Shown in pieces: positions 1-9,111 of a stretch of DNA of 64,000 nt. The stretch's first letter is position 1. The number at the start of each line of letters is the position of its first letter. The DNA is from a virus. The notes beneath the pieces are model-generated. The model saw only the letters and a program-made list of their open reading frames with translations, made no database searches and was not told the DNA's origin. The position numbers and the translations under genes were made by a program. The DNA lies in IMG/VR virus record IMGVR_UViG_3300029928_000198, one strand, 5' to 3'.

Positions 1-1009
1 AGGTTCCCTTGGCCGAAATCTTCACGGTGAAGCTCTTGACGGCATCCGCCCCGGTCTCGTTGCCGGTGAATCCCGCTTTGGACGGGTCGATGGTAATCTT
101 ACCATCTGCGTATTTCGCGAATCCGTCCACCGCCTTGCTGCTTCCATCCACCGCTGAAACGGTGATGGTCTCGCCGGTGACATCCCCGATGACTGAGGCA
201 TTGGTGGATGCGGAGAACGAATTGTCCCTGACCTCGCCCGCTCCCAGTTCTCCCGCGAAGGTCTCGAAGTAGGAGGGCGCGATGATGGCGTATCCCTCGA
301 CGATCTTCAGGGAAAGGCTGACGGTCTTGGTGCTGGCATCCAGAGCGTTGCTCTTGCCGTCGCTTCCTGCGGGAAGGCCCTTGTCGGAAACGGTGATCTT
401 GACGGTGTAGGGCGTCTCGGAGGATGCGGAGTCGGGTACGGTGCCGGTGACCTTCAGACAGTTGTTCGTGGAATCCCATCCGATGAAGGAGGAGATTGCC
501 TGAGGGATCTCCGCGCTCATGGTGTAGGGCGTGATTCCTCCTGTGACGGCCGGAGTGTAGAGGACAGCACCTGCGACGGTCTTGACCATGGTGCTGGCCG
601 ACTGGGAAAGTCCTCCTGTGACCTCGATGTTGGAAAACACTTGGAAGTTGATGGTCTGGTATGCGTTCTGGACAAGGGAACCCTTGGTCCAAGTGGCCTT
701 GAACTTCACGACCTTGCTGGCCGTGTCTTCGGGGGTGAAGGAGAAGGTTCCGTTCTTGAGGCAAGCATCCATCCCGGATGTCGATGCGGATTTGTCCACT
801 TCGATTGCGACGGTCGCACCGTCCGAGGAGGACAGGTTGACCTGAGGCGCGTAGGTGAACGTGTCGCCGACACGCATGTTGATGGTGTAGGTCTCGTTGT
901 TGTTGCTGGCTGCGTCCAGATCCGACATTATGACGGATGCGGAGCAAAGGGCCAGCATCATAACGAGCGCGTAAGCCATCGCTTTGTTCCTTTTCTGATG
1001 TTCGAACAT
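1..1009 (-). CDS. Secreted/surface protein with Ig-like beta domains; runs off the left edge of the window
   Basis: Absent from the ORF track. Translated by hand from ATG at 1009 (GGTGGGAGG upstream): MFEHQKRNKAMAYALVMMLALCSASVIMSDLDAASNNETYTINMRVGDTFTYAPQVNL..., signal peptide then Thr/Ser/Val-rich strands, open to position 1. Confidence 0.8.
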   Translation of the reverse strand, partial: MFEHQKRNKAMAYALVMMLALCSASVIMSDLDAASNNNETYTINMRVGDTFTYAPQVNLSSSDGATVAIEVDKSASTSGMDACLKNGTFSFTPEDTASKVVKFKATWTKGSLVQNAYQTINFQVFSNIEVTGGLSQSASTMVKTVAGAVLYTPAVTGGITPYTMSAEIPQAISSFIGWDSTNNCLKVTGTVPDSASSETPYTVKITVSDKGLPAGSDGKSNALDASTKTVSLSLKIVEGYAIIAPSYFETFAGELGAGEVRDNSFSASTNASVIGDVTGETITVSAVDGSSKAVDGFAKYADGKITIDPSKAGFTGNETGADAVKSFTVKISAKGT

Positions 1010-1119
1010 AGATGTTCCTCCCACCGATACCGAACGGTACGTTGGGCGATGGGAAACCAATCGGTTCGCTATTGAATGAGGGCTATTCCGATTTCCAGAG
1101 CAGTCTGGTTGCCTTCCAG

Positions 1120-1149
1120 TACAAGGAATCGAAACCGCTTAAATACCGA
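1120..1149. promoter_or_regulatory. Conserved ACAAGGAA-BRE-TATA promoter motif, copy 1
   Basis: TACAAGGAATCGAAACCGCTTAAATACCGA, 29/30 identical to 38151-38180. Confidence 0.65.
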
Positions 1150-1530
1150 AATGAAGGGGATTATCCCCGATCGGTTCCGAGAAGGGATGGAAACAGGGCA
1201 TCGGATGTCCGATAATCTCCGATTCCCGACGGATTCTCTTGGATTCAAGGCATTCTAGGCATCATTCCGATACGTCGGTTCGATTCGAGGGGCGTATGGG
1301 TTTTAGCGATGCAATCCGAGGGCTAGAAAAAGGAATCGACAATCTGGAATGAAATGCGGAAAATCGTCGAAAAACAGTAGAATCGACAAAAACAATGAGA
1401 AACAAGGGAAAAACGAGGAAAAAGTTTGAAAATCAATCACGCGGAACGAAGGGGGTCACCACGGAATTGCATGCGTAGAATCCGTCACTGGCGAAAGGTT
1501 GTTCAGATTGCCCGAAGCCTTCGCCATCCC

Positions 1531-1743
1531 TCACTCCCACCTTATCAGTCCCAAGGACTCGGACATGTAGTACACGGGTTCCCCCACATACTCGTCCTTG
1601 GGCTTCCTGTTCAGCATCATGAAGATGGTTGCCCCGAGGGTGGCGACCGATGCCGCAAGCGATGCGGCCTGAAGGCCCACCGCAAGATCGTCCCTGCGGT
1701 CGTTGCGCTCCGTACGAGTCATCTTGCGGTCCTTTCCGAACAT
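1531..1743 (-). CDS. Small membrane protein with basic N-terminus
   Basis: MFGKDRKMTRTERNDRR then hydrophobic LAVGLQAASLAASVATLGATIFMML; GAGG RBS. Confidence 0.65.
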   Translation of the reverse strand: MFGKDRKMTRTERNDRRDDLAVGLQAASLAASVATLGATIFMMLNRKPKDEYVGEPVYYMSESLGLIRWE

Positions 1744-1747
1744 CCCC

Positions 1748-2026
1748 TCACCTCTTGGCCATGTCAGCCTTTACAAGGGCCTCCGCATCCTCCTGCGAAT
1801 AGGCCTTGCGCTGGAGTCTGGAGCCGTCGGGCCTCTGGATGGTGTAGGTGTACCCCCTTCTGACAGAGTACCCTTCGGAGCTGGGACGCTTCATGGGGAT
1901 GACCGACTTCCTCTTGTCGCGGGTTATGACGTATCCTTCGTGGCCCCATGCCGTGGGAACGGGGTTGGAAGCCCTTCCGGGAATCTTGGCGTTCGTCTTC
2001 TTCTTGGCTTTGATCTGCTTGACCAT
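1748..2026 (-). CDS. Small basic hypothetical protein
   Basis: Start moved to MVKQIKAKKK after GGAGG; the ORF-track start MDTHDG lies inside the repeated junction motif. Confidence 0.7.
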   Translation of the reverse strand: MVKQIKAKKKTNAKIPGRASNPVPTAWGHEGYVITRDKRKSVIPMKRPSSEGYSVRRGYTYTIQRPDGSRLQRKAYSQEDAEALVKADMAKR

Positions 2027-2030
2027 CGTA

Positions 2031-2070
2031 TATCCTCCCGATATGCCGTCGTGCGTGTCCATGGAGGATA
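2031..2070 (-). promoter_or_regulatory. Anti-SD/SD stem with junction motif copy 1 in the loop
   Basis: mRNA UAUCCUCC-(AUGGACACGCACGACGGCAUAUCG)-GGAGGAUA: 8-bp perfect stem covering the RBS of the 2026 gene. Confidence 0.6.
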
Positions 2071-2077
2071 ACAGGTT

Positions 2078-2317
2078 TCACGCCCAGCGTCCCATGAACT
2101 TCCCATGGGTGATGCCGAACATGGGCTTCAGGTCCTCGCGCCTGATGTAGTCCTGACCGCCGGCCATCCTGTACTCGGAAACGCCGATGATGTTCTCGTT
2201 GCAGTCCAAGCAGCGTGCGCGGCGGAATTCGAAGTAGACGGAGTCCTTGACCATGGTTCTGAAGACGGAGCCGTCCTTTATGGAGTCGGAGCCGCAGAAC
2301 GGACATATGCCCGACAT
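2078..2317 (-). CDS. Zn-finger hypothetical protein
   Basis: CPFC...CLDC. Confidence 0.7.
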   Translation of the reverse strand: MSGICPFCGSDSIKDGSVFRTMVKDSVYFEFRRARCLDCNENIIGVSEYRMAGGQDYIRREDLKPMFGITHGKFMGRWA

Positions 2318-2565
2318 GATCGGCCCTCCATGATTATCCCGAATCTGTCCCTGAGGACCTGAGGGTCCTCCGCGATGGATTCGCAGATGTAGCCGTGGTA
2401 CATGTCGTTCAGCTCCGATGCGGTCAGGTCGGCGTAGTCCTCGGGGCGGTTGTACCTCTTCACCACCTCGTCGAAGAACATGCCCTTGGTGTAGCGGGCC
2501 TCTACGTACCCGATGCAGTCGTAGACGCTTCCGACCCTTCCGTCGGGGAAGCGGTATACGGTCAT
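2278..2565 (-). CDS. Hypothetical protein
   Basis: GGAGG RBS, operon-coupled. Confidence 0.65.
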   Translation of the reverse strand: MTVYRFPDGRVGSVYDCIGYVEARYTKGMFFDEVVKRYNRPEDYADLTASELNDMYHGYICESIAEDPQVLRDRFGIIMEGRSCRAYVRSAAPTP

Positions 2566-2566
2566 G

Positions 2567-2839
2567 TCAATCGAGCCTCCCGAGGTCGGACGAGCCTTCG
2601 GAGATGGTGCTGGCGAACCAGTCGATGTCCTCGGAGGTCAGTTCCGCCGTCTCCTTCGCTCCGCAGTAGGGGCAATGAGCACCAGTTCTGGATACCCTCG
2701 TATGCCTGTCGTTGTAGATCTTCCCGCATTTCATGCAGATGACTATCGGGACTCCCTTGGAATCCACGATGAAGTCGTTCCCGTCGATGGAGAAGCCCTT
2801 CCTGAGAAGGAAGTTCTTCAGCGTCTTCGTGTCGGTCAT
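2567..2839 (-). CDS. Zn-ribbon hypothetical protein
   Basis: CMKC...CPYC; GGAGG RBS. Confidence 0.75.
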   Translation of the reverse strand: MTDTKTLKNFLLRKGFSIDGNDFIVDSKGVPIVICMKCGKIYNDRHTRVSRTGAHCPYCGAKETAELTSEDIDWFASTISEGSSDLGRLD

Positions 2840-2844
2840 CTATC

Positions 2845-2887
2845 GATACCTCCTGAATCGTCAGTCGTGCGTGTCCATGGAGGTTTC
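2845..2887 (-). promoter_or_regulatory. Anti-SD/SD stem with junction motif copy 2 in the loop
   Basis: mRNA GAAACCUCC-(AUGGACACGCACGACUGACGAUUCA)-GGAGGUAUC; 8 of 9 bp pair over the RBS of the 2839 gene. Confidence 0.55.
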
Positions 2888-3331
2888 AATCAGCGTTCGG
2901 AGGCTCCGAACCTCTTCAACGGCCGGGATGCATCCCGCATGTCTGGTCCTTCTGGCGAACCAGCGTCCCGCCTCGGCCGAGGCTTCGGAGAAGACGTTCT
3001 CCGGGAAGATGCCCGCATCGCCTGAAGCTATCGGTTCTCCCGTCTCGGAGCGATGGAACGCCGCCGAAAGACCGCCTCCTTCGAGGCGGAGGAACGGACC
3101 TTCCGGTGAATCCACCCTTATCAGACCGTAAAGCCCGTCGGAGAAGGTCGCCACGAGGGAAGGGTCGCCCATCGTCGTGTAGACCGCGCCATCGCATCCC
3201 TCGTCGGGACAGGCCAGCATCATCTCGCATCTTCCGGGGAAGACGTAGGTGATGCCCACCGGGGCCATGTCGGACCTTCCGCACACGGGGCATCTGATCA
3301 GGATCTGGTCAGGAAGGTTCAGGAATGTCAT
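2861..3331 (-). CDS. Zn-finger hypothetical protein
   Basis: CPVC...C; C-terminus MDTHD is encoded by the junction motif. Confidence 0.7.
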   Translation of the reverse strand: MTFLNLPDQILIRCPVCGRSDMAPVGITYVFPGRCEMMLACPDEGCDGAVYTTMGDPSLVATFSDGLYGLIRVDSPEGPFLRLEGGGLSAAFHRSETGEPIASGDAGIFPENVFSEASAEAGRWFARRTRHAGCIPAVEEVRSLRTLIETSMDTHD

Positions 3332-3804
3332 CTGCCAAGCCTCTTTCTTTCAGCATCCATGAGCTTGAAAACGGCATCCTCGACGTATTCTGGCGTGTTA
3401 TCATTGTCCTTCAGATAGGTTCCGTCGGAATACAGGGAATAGCGATTGTCAAACATGCCTTCGCATTGGACGATAAAATTGGGACCGAAGTTCCCCTCCT
3501 CCCTCACGATGGACCATCTACCGTTGGGCGATACCCATAGGACATCGGAGTCGGGAATCTTCACGAAGACCTTTCCTCCGCAGCTTCCTCTGTATGTGTC
3601 CCCGAAGCATTTCCAGACATCGTATCTCATGCCGGCTTCGTAGATGATGTCGATGAAGTACATGTCACGGGATCTACCGCATATGGGACAGATCGGCGTA
3701 AACTCCCGTTCGTCGTCGCCTTCTAGCACGACCGCGCCCTCCGGGATCGTCCTGTTGGCGGGACGCCTGTTCTCTGATGAGGAGCGCATCCTTCCGAACA
3801 TCAT
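3328..3804 (-). CDS. Zn-finger acidic protein with basic N-terminal tag
   Basis: N-terminus MMFGRMRSSSENRRPANR; CPIC...C..C. Confidence 0.75.
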   Translation of the reverse strand: MMFGRMRSSSENRRPANRTIPEGAVVLEGDDEREFTPICPICGRSRDMYFIDIIYEAGMRYDVWKCFGDTYRGSCGGKVFVKIPDSDVLWVSPNGRWSIVREEGNFGPNFIVQCEGMFDNRYSLYSDGTYLKDNDNTPEYVEDAVFKLMDAERKRLGR

Positions 3805-4262
3805 CTTCTGGGCCTCCCTCTTCCCAGACCGAGCCTCTGGATCAGGTCCTCCAGCATCGCCTTCTTCTCATCGGGTTCGAGGCTGTCGTCGAAGAATATC
3901 TCATCGAACTTGTCGTAGCCTTTCTCGCCCGGGGCGACGACGCACTCCTCCAGACCTGTTATGAAGCCACTTTCGTGGAAGTCCCTCAGGGTCTCGTCCC
4001 CGGTATAGATCTTGAGTCCGCCCTCGTCGTACAGATCTTCCCAGTAGACGCCTCCGACGATGGGGTTATCTGGTTCCTCGTCCCCGTAATAGTCGTAGTT
4101 CTCCATGTCGTAGTCGAAATCCATGTAGTCATGGGCCTCGATGAAATCGCCGTCGGCGGTGCGGTAGAACCCGTCCCAGTCGCCCTCGTACAGATTGACG
4201 TTCAGATCGAACGGGCGCATGTTCTTGGAGGAGATGATGCGCTTCATGTTGAAGACGGTCAT
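3801..4262 (-). CDS. Very acidic protein with basic termini (possible DNA mimic)
   Basis: D/E-rich core; N-terminus KRIISSKNMRP; C-terminus RGRPRR. Confidence 0.75.
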   Translation of the reverse strand: MTVFNMKRIISSKNMRPFDLNVNLYEGDWDGFYRTADGDFIEAHDYMDFDYDMENYDYYGDEEPDNPIVGGVYWEDLYDEGGLKIYTGDETLRDFHESGFITGLEECVVAPGEKGYDKFDEIFFDDSLEPDEKKAMLEDLIQRLGLGRGRPRR

Positions 4263-4699
4263 CTGCGCATCCTCCTAGCGTTCTTGGTACGAATGACTCT
4301 GTAGGCATCGTTCTCGTAAGTGTCACCGACATCCATCTCCAGAGCGTCCTCGTAGTAGTTCACGACATCGAGTCCATAGACGTTCCAAGGCTTCTCGATC
4401 ATCTCGATCTTGTAGGACCGCTCGTCCAGAGGTACCGTCGCAACTTGGTCGATTCCGAGGTTTCCGAGCTGGTAGGCATTGCTCATGACGACGTTGTCCA
4501 CCCACCACTCCATCTCGTCTGCGTAGTAGCCGCATCTGATGAGGAGGTCCGATGGATCGAAAGCGCATGTATGGAAGCGCACCTCCGGATACTCGTTGTC
4601 CACCCATTCGTTGAATGCGTCGGTGCAGTGCTCCATGATCCAGCTCTTCAGCTGTTCCTCGTCTTCGGCGATGACCGAGCCGTTGAAAGTGTAGGTCAT
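4259..4699 (-). CDS. Acidic paralog A with C-terminal RTKN tag
   Basis: Start MTYTFNG at ATGA overlap; aligns with the 5193 gene; ends RVIRTKNARRMRR. Confidence 0.75.
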   Translation of the reverse strand: MTYTFNGSVIAEDEEQLKSWIMEHCTDAFNEWVDNEYPEVRFHTCAFDPSDLLIRCGYYADEMEWWVDNVVMSNAYQLGNLGIDQVATVPLDERSYKIEMIEKPWNVYGLDVVNYYEDALEMDVGDTYENDAYRVIRTKNARRMRR

Positions 4700-5193
4700 C
4701 TGAAAACACCTCTGAAAGGTCTCTTGTTCTTGGTACGGGTTATCCGGTACCCTTCGTTCTCTGTGGTTTCGCCAACTTCCAAAAATTTCACATTTTCGCC
4801 GTACCAGTCGTAATCCATATCCGAACCTTTGACTTCCCAAGGCTCGCAGATAGGCTCGATCCTGTAGACCCTTTCCTCAGGGGGAAGGATCTCGACGACG
4901 TCGATGCCGAGTTCCTTGAGTTCCGATGCATCGTGGATGACGATGTTCTCTATCCAGTACTCCATCTCCTCTTGGTAGGCGAACGTTCCGAGATTGCCCA
5001 GAACCTCGGCGGGATCCATATCGACGGTGTTCAGCTCGAAGTTGGCGAAGTTGTGGCTGATGTAGTCCTCGAACTGCTCCTCGCAGTTGTCCTCGATCCA
5101 GTTCCTCAGCTCGTCCATCGAGGATGCTATGACCGTTCCGTCGTAGACGAACTGGTAGTGTCCGTCCAAGTCGAATTCTTTGTCTGCAAACAT
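4696..5193 (-). CDS. Acidic paralog B with C-terminal RTKN tag
   Basis: Shares YxFxGxVIA...L..WI.. and YxIE.I.(E/K)PW.V.G with paralog A; ends RITRTKNKRPFRGVFR. Confidence 0.8.
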   Translation of the reverse strand: MFADKEFDLDGHYQFVYDGTVIASSMDELRNWIEDNCEEQFEDYISHNFANFELNTVDMDPAEVLGNLGTFAYQEEMEYWIENIVIHDASELKELGIDVVEILPPEERVYRIEPICEPWEVKGSDMDYDWYGENVKFLEVGETTENEGYRITRTKNKRPFRGVFR

Positions 5194-5222
5194 TTCCGTT
5201 ACCCTTCCTTTCTTCTAGGGCC

Positions 5223-5241
5223 GCCGTCGTGCGTGTCCATG
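5223..5241 (-). repeat. Junction motif copy 3
   Basis: GCCGTCGTGCGTGTCCATG, identical to 2045-2063; intergenic. Confidence 0.75.
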
Positions 5242-5292
5242 TCTGCTTTCTTTTCAGGTGAGCGATTCTCCGGGATCTCCCCGTTCGATGGT

Positions 5293-5871
5293 TCAACGGA
5301 GGCTCTTGCCGCGCCTTGTCTTGCGGTTCTTGGTCCTCTTGATGGCAAGCGTGGTTCCGGGGATGTTCAGGCGTTCACCTACGCGGATCGAATCTGCCAA
5401 GCCTCCATCAACGGCGTATTGCAGCTCGATATAGGGGATGTCAGTGTCCAGCCTGTTCCTGTACTCGACGGATGCAGGGTCCAGAGCGGCCTCGTCCGTC
5501 TCCAGCTCGGTGTAGATGGGGCCATAGTAGTCTCTGGCATTGTTGTAGTAGGTGTCGCCCAGATCCATCTCGTTCAACATGGCTCCCCAAGCTCTATCCT
5601 TCAGCTCTGTTCTGGGTACGCTTTCATGGACGATGCCTCCGTTGTCGTACACATCGTACTCCGCGTCGTAATTGATGTCGTGAGCGATGAGGAAGTGCTT
5701 CCCGCATCTCCTGCAAGTGTATCCGTTCTCCTCGGGTCCGTTCCAGATGTCGGTTCCGCCGCAGCGCGGACAGAACATATCGCAAATCCCTTGTCCGTAA
5801 GTGGGATTGGACCCTCTGACGGGTCCTCTGTACCACTTGGTCTGTGGTCTGATATATGGGTCGTTAATCAT
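5293..5871 (-). CDS. Zn-finger acidic protein with C-terminal RTKN tag
   Basis: Start MINDP at ATGA overlap; CPRC..CRRC; ends AIKRTKNRKTRRGKSLR. Confidence 0.75.
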   Translation of the reverse strand: MINDPYIRPQTKWYRGPVRGSNPTYGQGICDMFCPRCGGTDIWNGPEENGYTCRRCGKHFLIAHDINYDAEYDVYDNGGIVHESVPRTELKDRAWGAMLNEMDLGDTYYNNARDYYGPIYTELETDEAALDPASVEYRNRLDTDIPYIELQYAVDGGLADSIRVGERLNIPGTTLAIKRTKNRKTRRGKSLR

Positions 5872-6209
5872 GCTATCACTGCTCCAACCATAGCCGCCGC
5901 CATGAAGACGACGAATGTTATCACCAGAGAGAGAAGCCATCCGAGAACGGCCTGCCCTCCCGTGTACACATCGCCTTTTATCGCGAAGATGACGAGGGCC
6001 GCTATCGCTACGGCCAGTCCCCATGCGGGACCGATGAGCAGCGAAATCAGGGCCATCCCGCAAATCATCGCGGCGGGCATCATCCCCGACATGGCGGATT
6101 TGACCGTCATGACGAAGAGGATCAGTCCTATCACGATGGCAAGCGCACCGAACGAGCCGACGAATCCGGCCGCGAATGCGTCACTCAGCGTGAGTTCCGT
6201 TACAGTCAT
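5868..6209 (-). CDS. Small polytopic membrane protein (about 4 TM)
   Basis: Almost entirely hydrophobic; AGGAGG RBS. Confidence 0.8.
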   Translation of the reverse strand: MTVTELTLSDAFAAGFVGSFGALAIVIGLILFVMTVKSAMSGMMPAAMICGMALISLLIGPAWGLAVAIAALVIFAIKGDVYTGGQAVLGWLLSLVITFVVFMAAAMVGAVIA

Positions 6210-6226
6210 TGAAGACCTCCTTCCGT

Positions 6227-6248
6227 GCTGTCGTGCATGCGTCCATGG
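6227..6248 (-). repeat. Junction motif copy 4 (2-nt longer variant)
   Basis: GCTGTCGTGCATGCGTCCATGG, just upstream of the AGGAGG RBS of the 6209 gene. Confidence 0.6.
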
Positions 6249-6299
6249 CTGTAGCTAAACGGTTTCCTCACGGGCATGCCGCCCTTGAGCGTGAATGAG

Positions 6300-6899
6300 C
6301 TAATATGCGCGGTATGCGCATCGATGGAGGGCATCTCGCATCCCTCCGTATCTGAGGATCGCGGCGCGGTCGTTCATGAGCATCGCCGTATCCGCATCCC
6401 AGCTCCCGGGATCGGAGCCTTTCGTTATCGAGTACTCCATGTCGTCGGTGGGGATGGATTCCAGTAGCTGGCCGTAGTCCCCCTCGGGTATCCCGTACCT
6501 CATGCAGTACTCCTCCAGAAAGCTCTGGGCCTGTCTTGAGTCCAGTATGTGGTGGCCTCCCCCGCAGACCCAGTTCAGGCGCATCGTGTCCAGCTCTTCG
6601 CGGACCGCCTCGGCCATCTCCTCGATGCCGCCGTCATCCCCGACCTGCACCAGACCGAGGTAGTAGCATCTTCCGAGGCCGTCCCTTCCGAATGCGTGGT
6701 GGAGGCGATGCCCGTCTATCGAGATCGCTCCGCAATGGGGAAGAACGAATCCCTCCGCCATATCATCGGCTTCGAGAAGGCCATCGGGCGGAGCGATGGA
6801 ACCTGCCGACAGGTTCAGGTAGTCGGGTTCGGGGATCTCCGCTCCGGGGAAAGGCATCGCATTGTCGAATGCGCCCAGCTTGCTTTCGGTCATTTCCAT
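6300..6899 (-). CDS. Acidic hypothetical protein
   Basis: Start MEMTES overlaps the upstream TGA. Confidence 0.7.
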   Translation of the reverse strand: MEMTESKLGAFDNAMPFPGAEIPEPDYLNLSAGSIAPPDGLLEADDMAEGFVLPHCGAISIDGHRLHHAFGRDGLGRCYYLGLVQVGDDGGIEEMAEAVREELDTMRLNWVCGGGHHILDSRQAQSFLEEYCMRYGIPEGDYGQLLESIPTDDMEYSITKGSDPGSWDADTAMLMNDRAAILRYGGMRDALHRCAYRAY

Positions 6900-7639
6900 C
6901 ACTTGCACCTGATCCTAGGCTGTCCGCATCCGGGCGGGGATGCATTCCTGACATCTTCTAACAGACGCCCTTCCTCATCCATCGCCTTCCTTGCAAGACG
7001 GGCCGCACGCTTCCCCTTGGCCCGCTCCCTTCCGGTACCGGAACGGATTCTGGCCTCCTCCATCGCGCATCTTCCATCGACCTCCTGTCCTTCGACGATG
7101 CCGAGATGGTCCAGCAGCACGCGGACCAGCATCGAATCGGAGAATCCCCTTGGCAAGCGTGCTATCGGGGAACCGACATCATAATCGGAAACGAGCATCG
7201 GGGCGGAATCGGAGACCTCTATCACCAGCCCTCCTCTGGCCATGTCCTCAAGCTCACCTCTGGTGAAGGAATCCGCCATGACCCCGATTATGCGCTCCTG
7301 CTCCTGAGCCGAGGCTATGATTGCTATGCGCGAGAAGACGGACCTCAGCCTGCCATCCATCCACGGGAAGGTGCGGAACACGTAGGAAGTTCCGTCATCC
7401 ACTCCGATCAGGTCGCTGCCGTTGACCGCATCCCACCATCCGCTGGCCTCAAGCTCCTCGGCGGTGAACGCCTCCCCTTCGGGGACGTGGATCTTCGGAC
7501 CTGCCTTGTAGCGGTCCGAGGAAACCGACCTGTGCTTCCCGGTGGAAGACCAATGGTCGGAATCCAGAAGGTGGGCGTACAGGGCGGATTCCTCCACGAA
7601 TCCCCTGCCGTCCGCCGGGATCCTACTGTTCCGATTCAT
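6899..7639 (-). CDS. Degenerate paralog of the zincin at 17601 (HExxH not retained)
   Basis: Start MNRNSRIP; GWW....SDLIGVDD...RIAIIASAQEQERIIGVMADSFTRGELEDMARGGLVI aligns with the 17601 protein. Confidence 0.7.
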   Translation of the reverse strand: MNRNSRIPADGRGFVEESALYAHLLDSDHWSSTGKHRSVSSDRYKAGPKIHVPEGEAFTAEELEASGWWDAVNGSDLIGVDDGTSYVFRTFPWMDGRLRSVFSRIAIIASAQEQERIIGVMADSFTRGELEDMARGGLVIEVSDSAPMLVSDYDVGSPIARLPRGFSDSMLVRVLLDHLGIVEGQEVDGRCAMEEARIRSGTGRERAKGKRAARLARKAMDEEGRLLEDVRNASPPGCGQPRIRCK

Positions 7640-9111
7640 CTGCGCATCCTCCTTGCATATGAGCGGGCCAGAGTACCCTCCTGCCCCATGTCCACCTCGT
7701 CGTACACGCGCATCCCACGGAACCCCGGGTCGGAAAGGACCTGCTTGGGGGTCCTTCCGGAGAAGCGGGAAAGCTTGGCGACGACGGTTCCGACGTCCGT
7801 TTCGGTTCCGTCCACGGTGTATCTGCGGTCGTCCCACGGCCTTCCGTCGCCGTCGTAGCGTTCGGACATCCTCTTCCTGAACATCGCATCCTGCTCGGTG
7901 ACGGGTTCGTCCAGCATGGCCATGTACGTTCTGGGGACGTCCATGTTCGGGGAACCGGTATCGGACTGGTCCAAGACGACGGAGAACGTCCTGTCCCCGT
8001 TGTCCACGACCCTTCCGGAAACCAGAATGCGTCTGGCGTCGCCTATCTCGGGCGCATCGACCTCCAGAACGCCGTAGTACACGCCCTTGCGGACGGTTGC
8101 CTTCAGCGGTCTGGTCCTCCCCTCGGTCATCTCGATGATGGATGCCCCGATGGCGTCGGCCTTGCTGCTGGGGGTGAGCCTTCCGGCTATGGGTGCGGTG
8201 ACGACTTGGACCCCGTACGTCTGGGTGGAGTAGGTGTCCACGGGATCGGAAGAGATCTCCTCGACCCTCCTGCGGACGCTTGCATCCGAACGTCTGAGCC
8301 TGTCGGCGGTCACGAACTCTTCGCTCATCGGGGGCAAGTCGCCCACATAGGGTTCGTCGGCGATCTTTTTCCGAACAGGCTCCGCGTACTCCACCTCGAA
8401 CACGTAATCGGGGTGCGTGCGGCCCAGCTCCTCTAGCTTCCTCCTGACGGTCTCGGCCTCGTTCGGATCGTAATACTGGACGGTGGATTCTGATGCCCTC
8501 AGGACGGAACCCGTGTAGTACCACTTCCGGGAATCTCCGGGAATGAGGGCCACTATCTCCATGCGACGGCCTTCTGGACGGATGGGCGACCTCATCCACG
8601 GTTCGTAGAGCGGGTCGTCCATCGGGTCGTACGGATTGTCCAGCGGTTCATCGTCGCTGGGGAACGGGGGCCATTCGGGATGATTGGGAACGACTCTAGG
8701 CGCGAAGGAGCCTATGTCGGTCTGGCCGTCCATCCTTCTGGTCTTGGGTGCGCGGAAGTCGAATCCCTTCAGATCGGGACGGTACGAGCCTTCGTATTCC
8801 CTGTAATCGAATTCCTCGTAGGCGGTATCGTCGTCGTAGCGGACGTCGAAATCGTATCCGGGATTGCCCTCGGCCATGGACTGGGCTATCGCCTTCACGT
8901 GCTGGCGGTGGAAGAACGGCCAGCGGAGGGGTTCGTTACCGATGCCATTCCCGTCGAACGGACGGAAGGAATCGTCCTCCGGGGCGCGGACGTATATCTC
9001 CAGATCGCCCGTTCTGGGAAGAGGGGCCTTCACGGTCTGGTCGATGGTCTTTCCGTCGGCGCGTATGGCGTCGTTCCTGACGAAACGCCTTCTGAACGAG
9101 AATCCCTTCAT
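7636..9111 (-). CDS. Large acidic multi-module protein with basic termini
   Basis: Two related modules ending NPGYDFDVRY and HPDYVFEVEY; N-terminus FRRRFVRNDAIR; C-terminus RSYARRMRR. Confidence 0.75.
   Translation of the reverse strand: MKGFSFRRRFVRNDAIRADGKTIDQTVKAPLPRTGDLEIYVRAPEDDSFRPFDGNGIGNEPLRWPFFHRQHVKAIAQSMAEGNPGYDFDVRYDDDTAYEEFDYREYEGSYRPDLKGFDFRAPKTRRMDGQTDIGSFAPRVVPNHPEWPPFPSDDEPLDNPYDPMDDPLYEPWMRSPIRPEGRRMEIVALIPGDSRKWYYTGSVLRASESTVQYYDPNEAETVRRKLEELGRTHPDYVFEVEYAEPVRKKIADEPYVGDLPPMSEEFVTADRLRRSDASVRRRVEEISSDPVDTYSTQTYGVQVVTAPIAGRLTPSSKADAIGASIIEMTEGRTRPLKATVRKGVYYGVLEVDAPEIGDARRILVSGRVVDNGDRTFSVVLDQSDTGSPNMDVPRTYMAMLDEPVTEQDAMFRKRMSERYDGDGRPWDDRRYTVDGTETDVGTVVAKLSRFSGRTPKQVLSDPGFRGMRVYDEVDMGQEGTLARSYARRMRR

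Noticed and set aside
1150-1430. Structured RNA downstream of the 1120 promoter motif
   Set aside because: Only short, competing ATCGG/CCGAT hairpins and one GGGGA-TTA-TCCCC palindrome; no convincing nested fold.
2048-6248. Junction motif as a CRISPR repeat or integron attC array
   Set aside because: Spacing is irregular (0.8-2.4 kb) with whole genes between copies; no cas gene or integron integrase in the window; no attC-like long imperfect palindrome.
4933-6258. Long plus-strand ORFs here and at 16503-17978, 22994-25324, 10275-11483 and similar
   Set aside because: Antisense shadows of GC3-rich minus-strand genes; no RBS or recognisable motifs.
6899-8599. Long ORF-track N-terminal extensions (also 45688-48228, 55695-56951, 15026-15913, 62693-63697)
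   Set aside because: They overlap upstream genes in another frame; the true starts sit at ATGA overlaps or after GGAGG.
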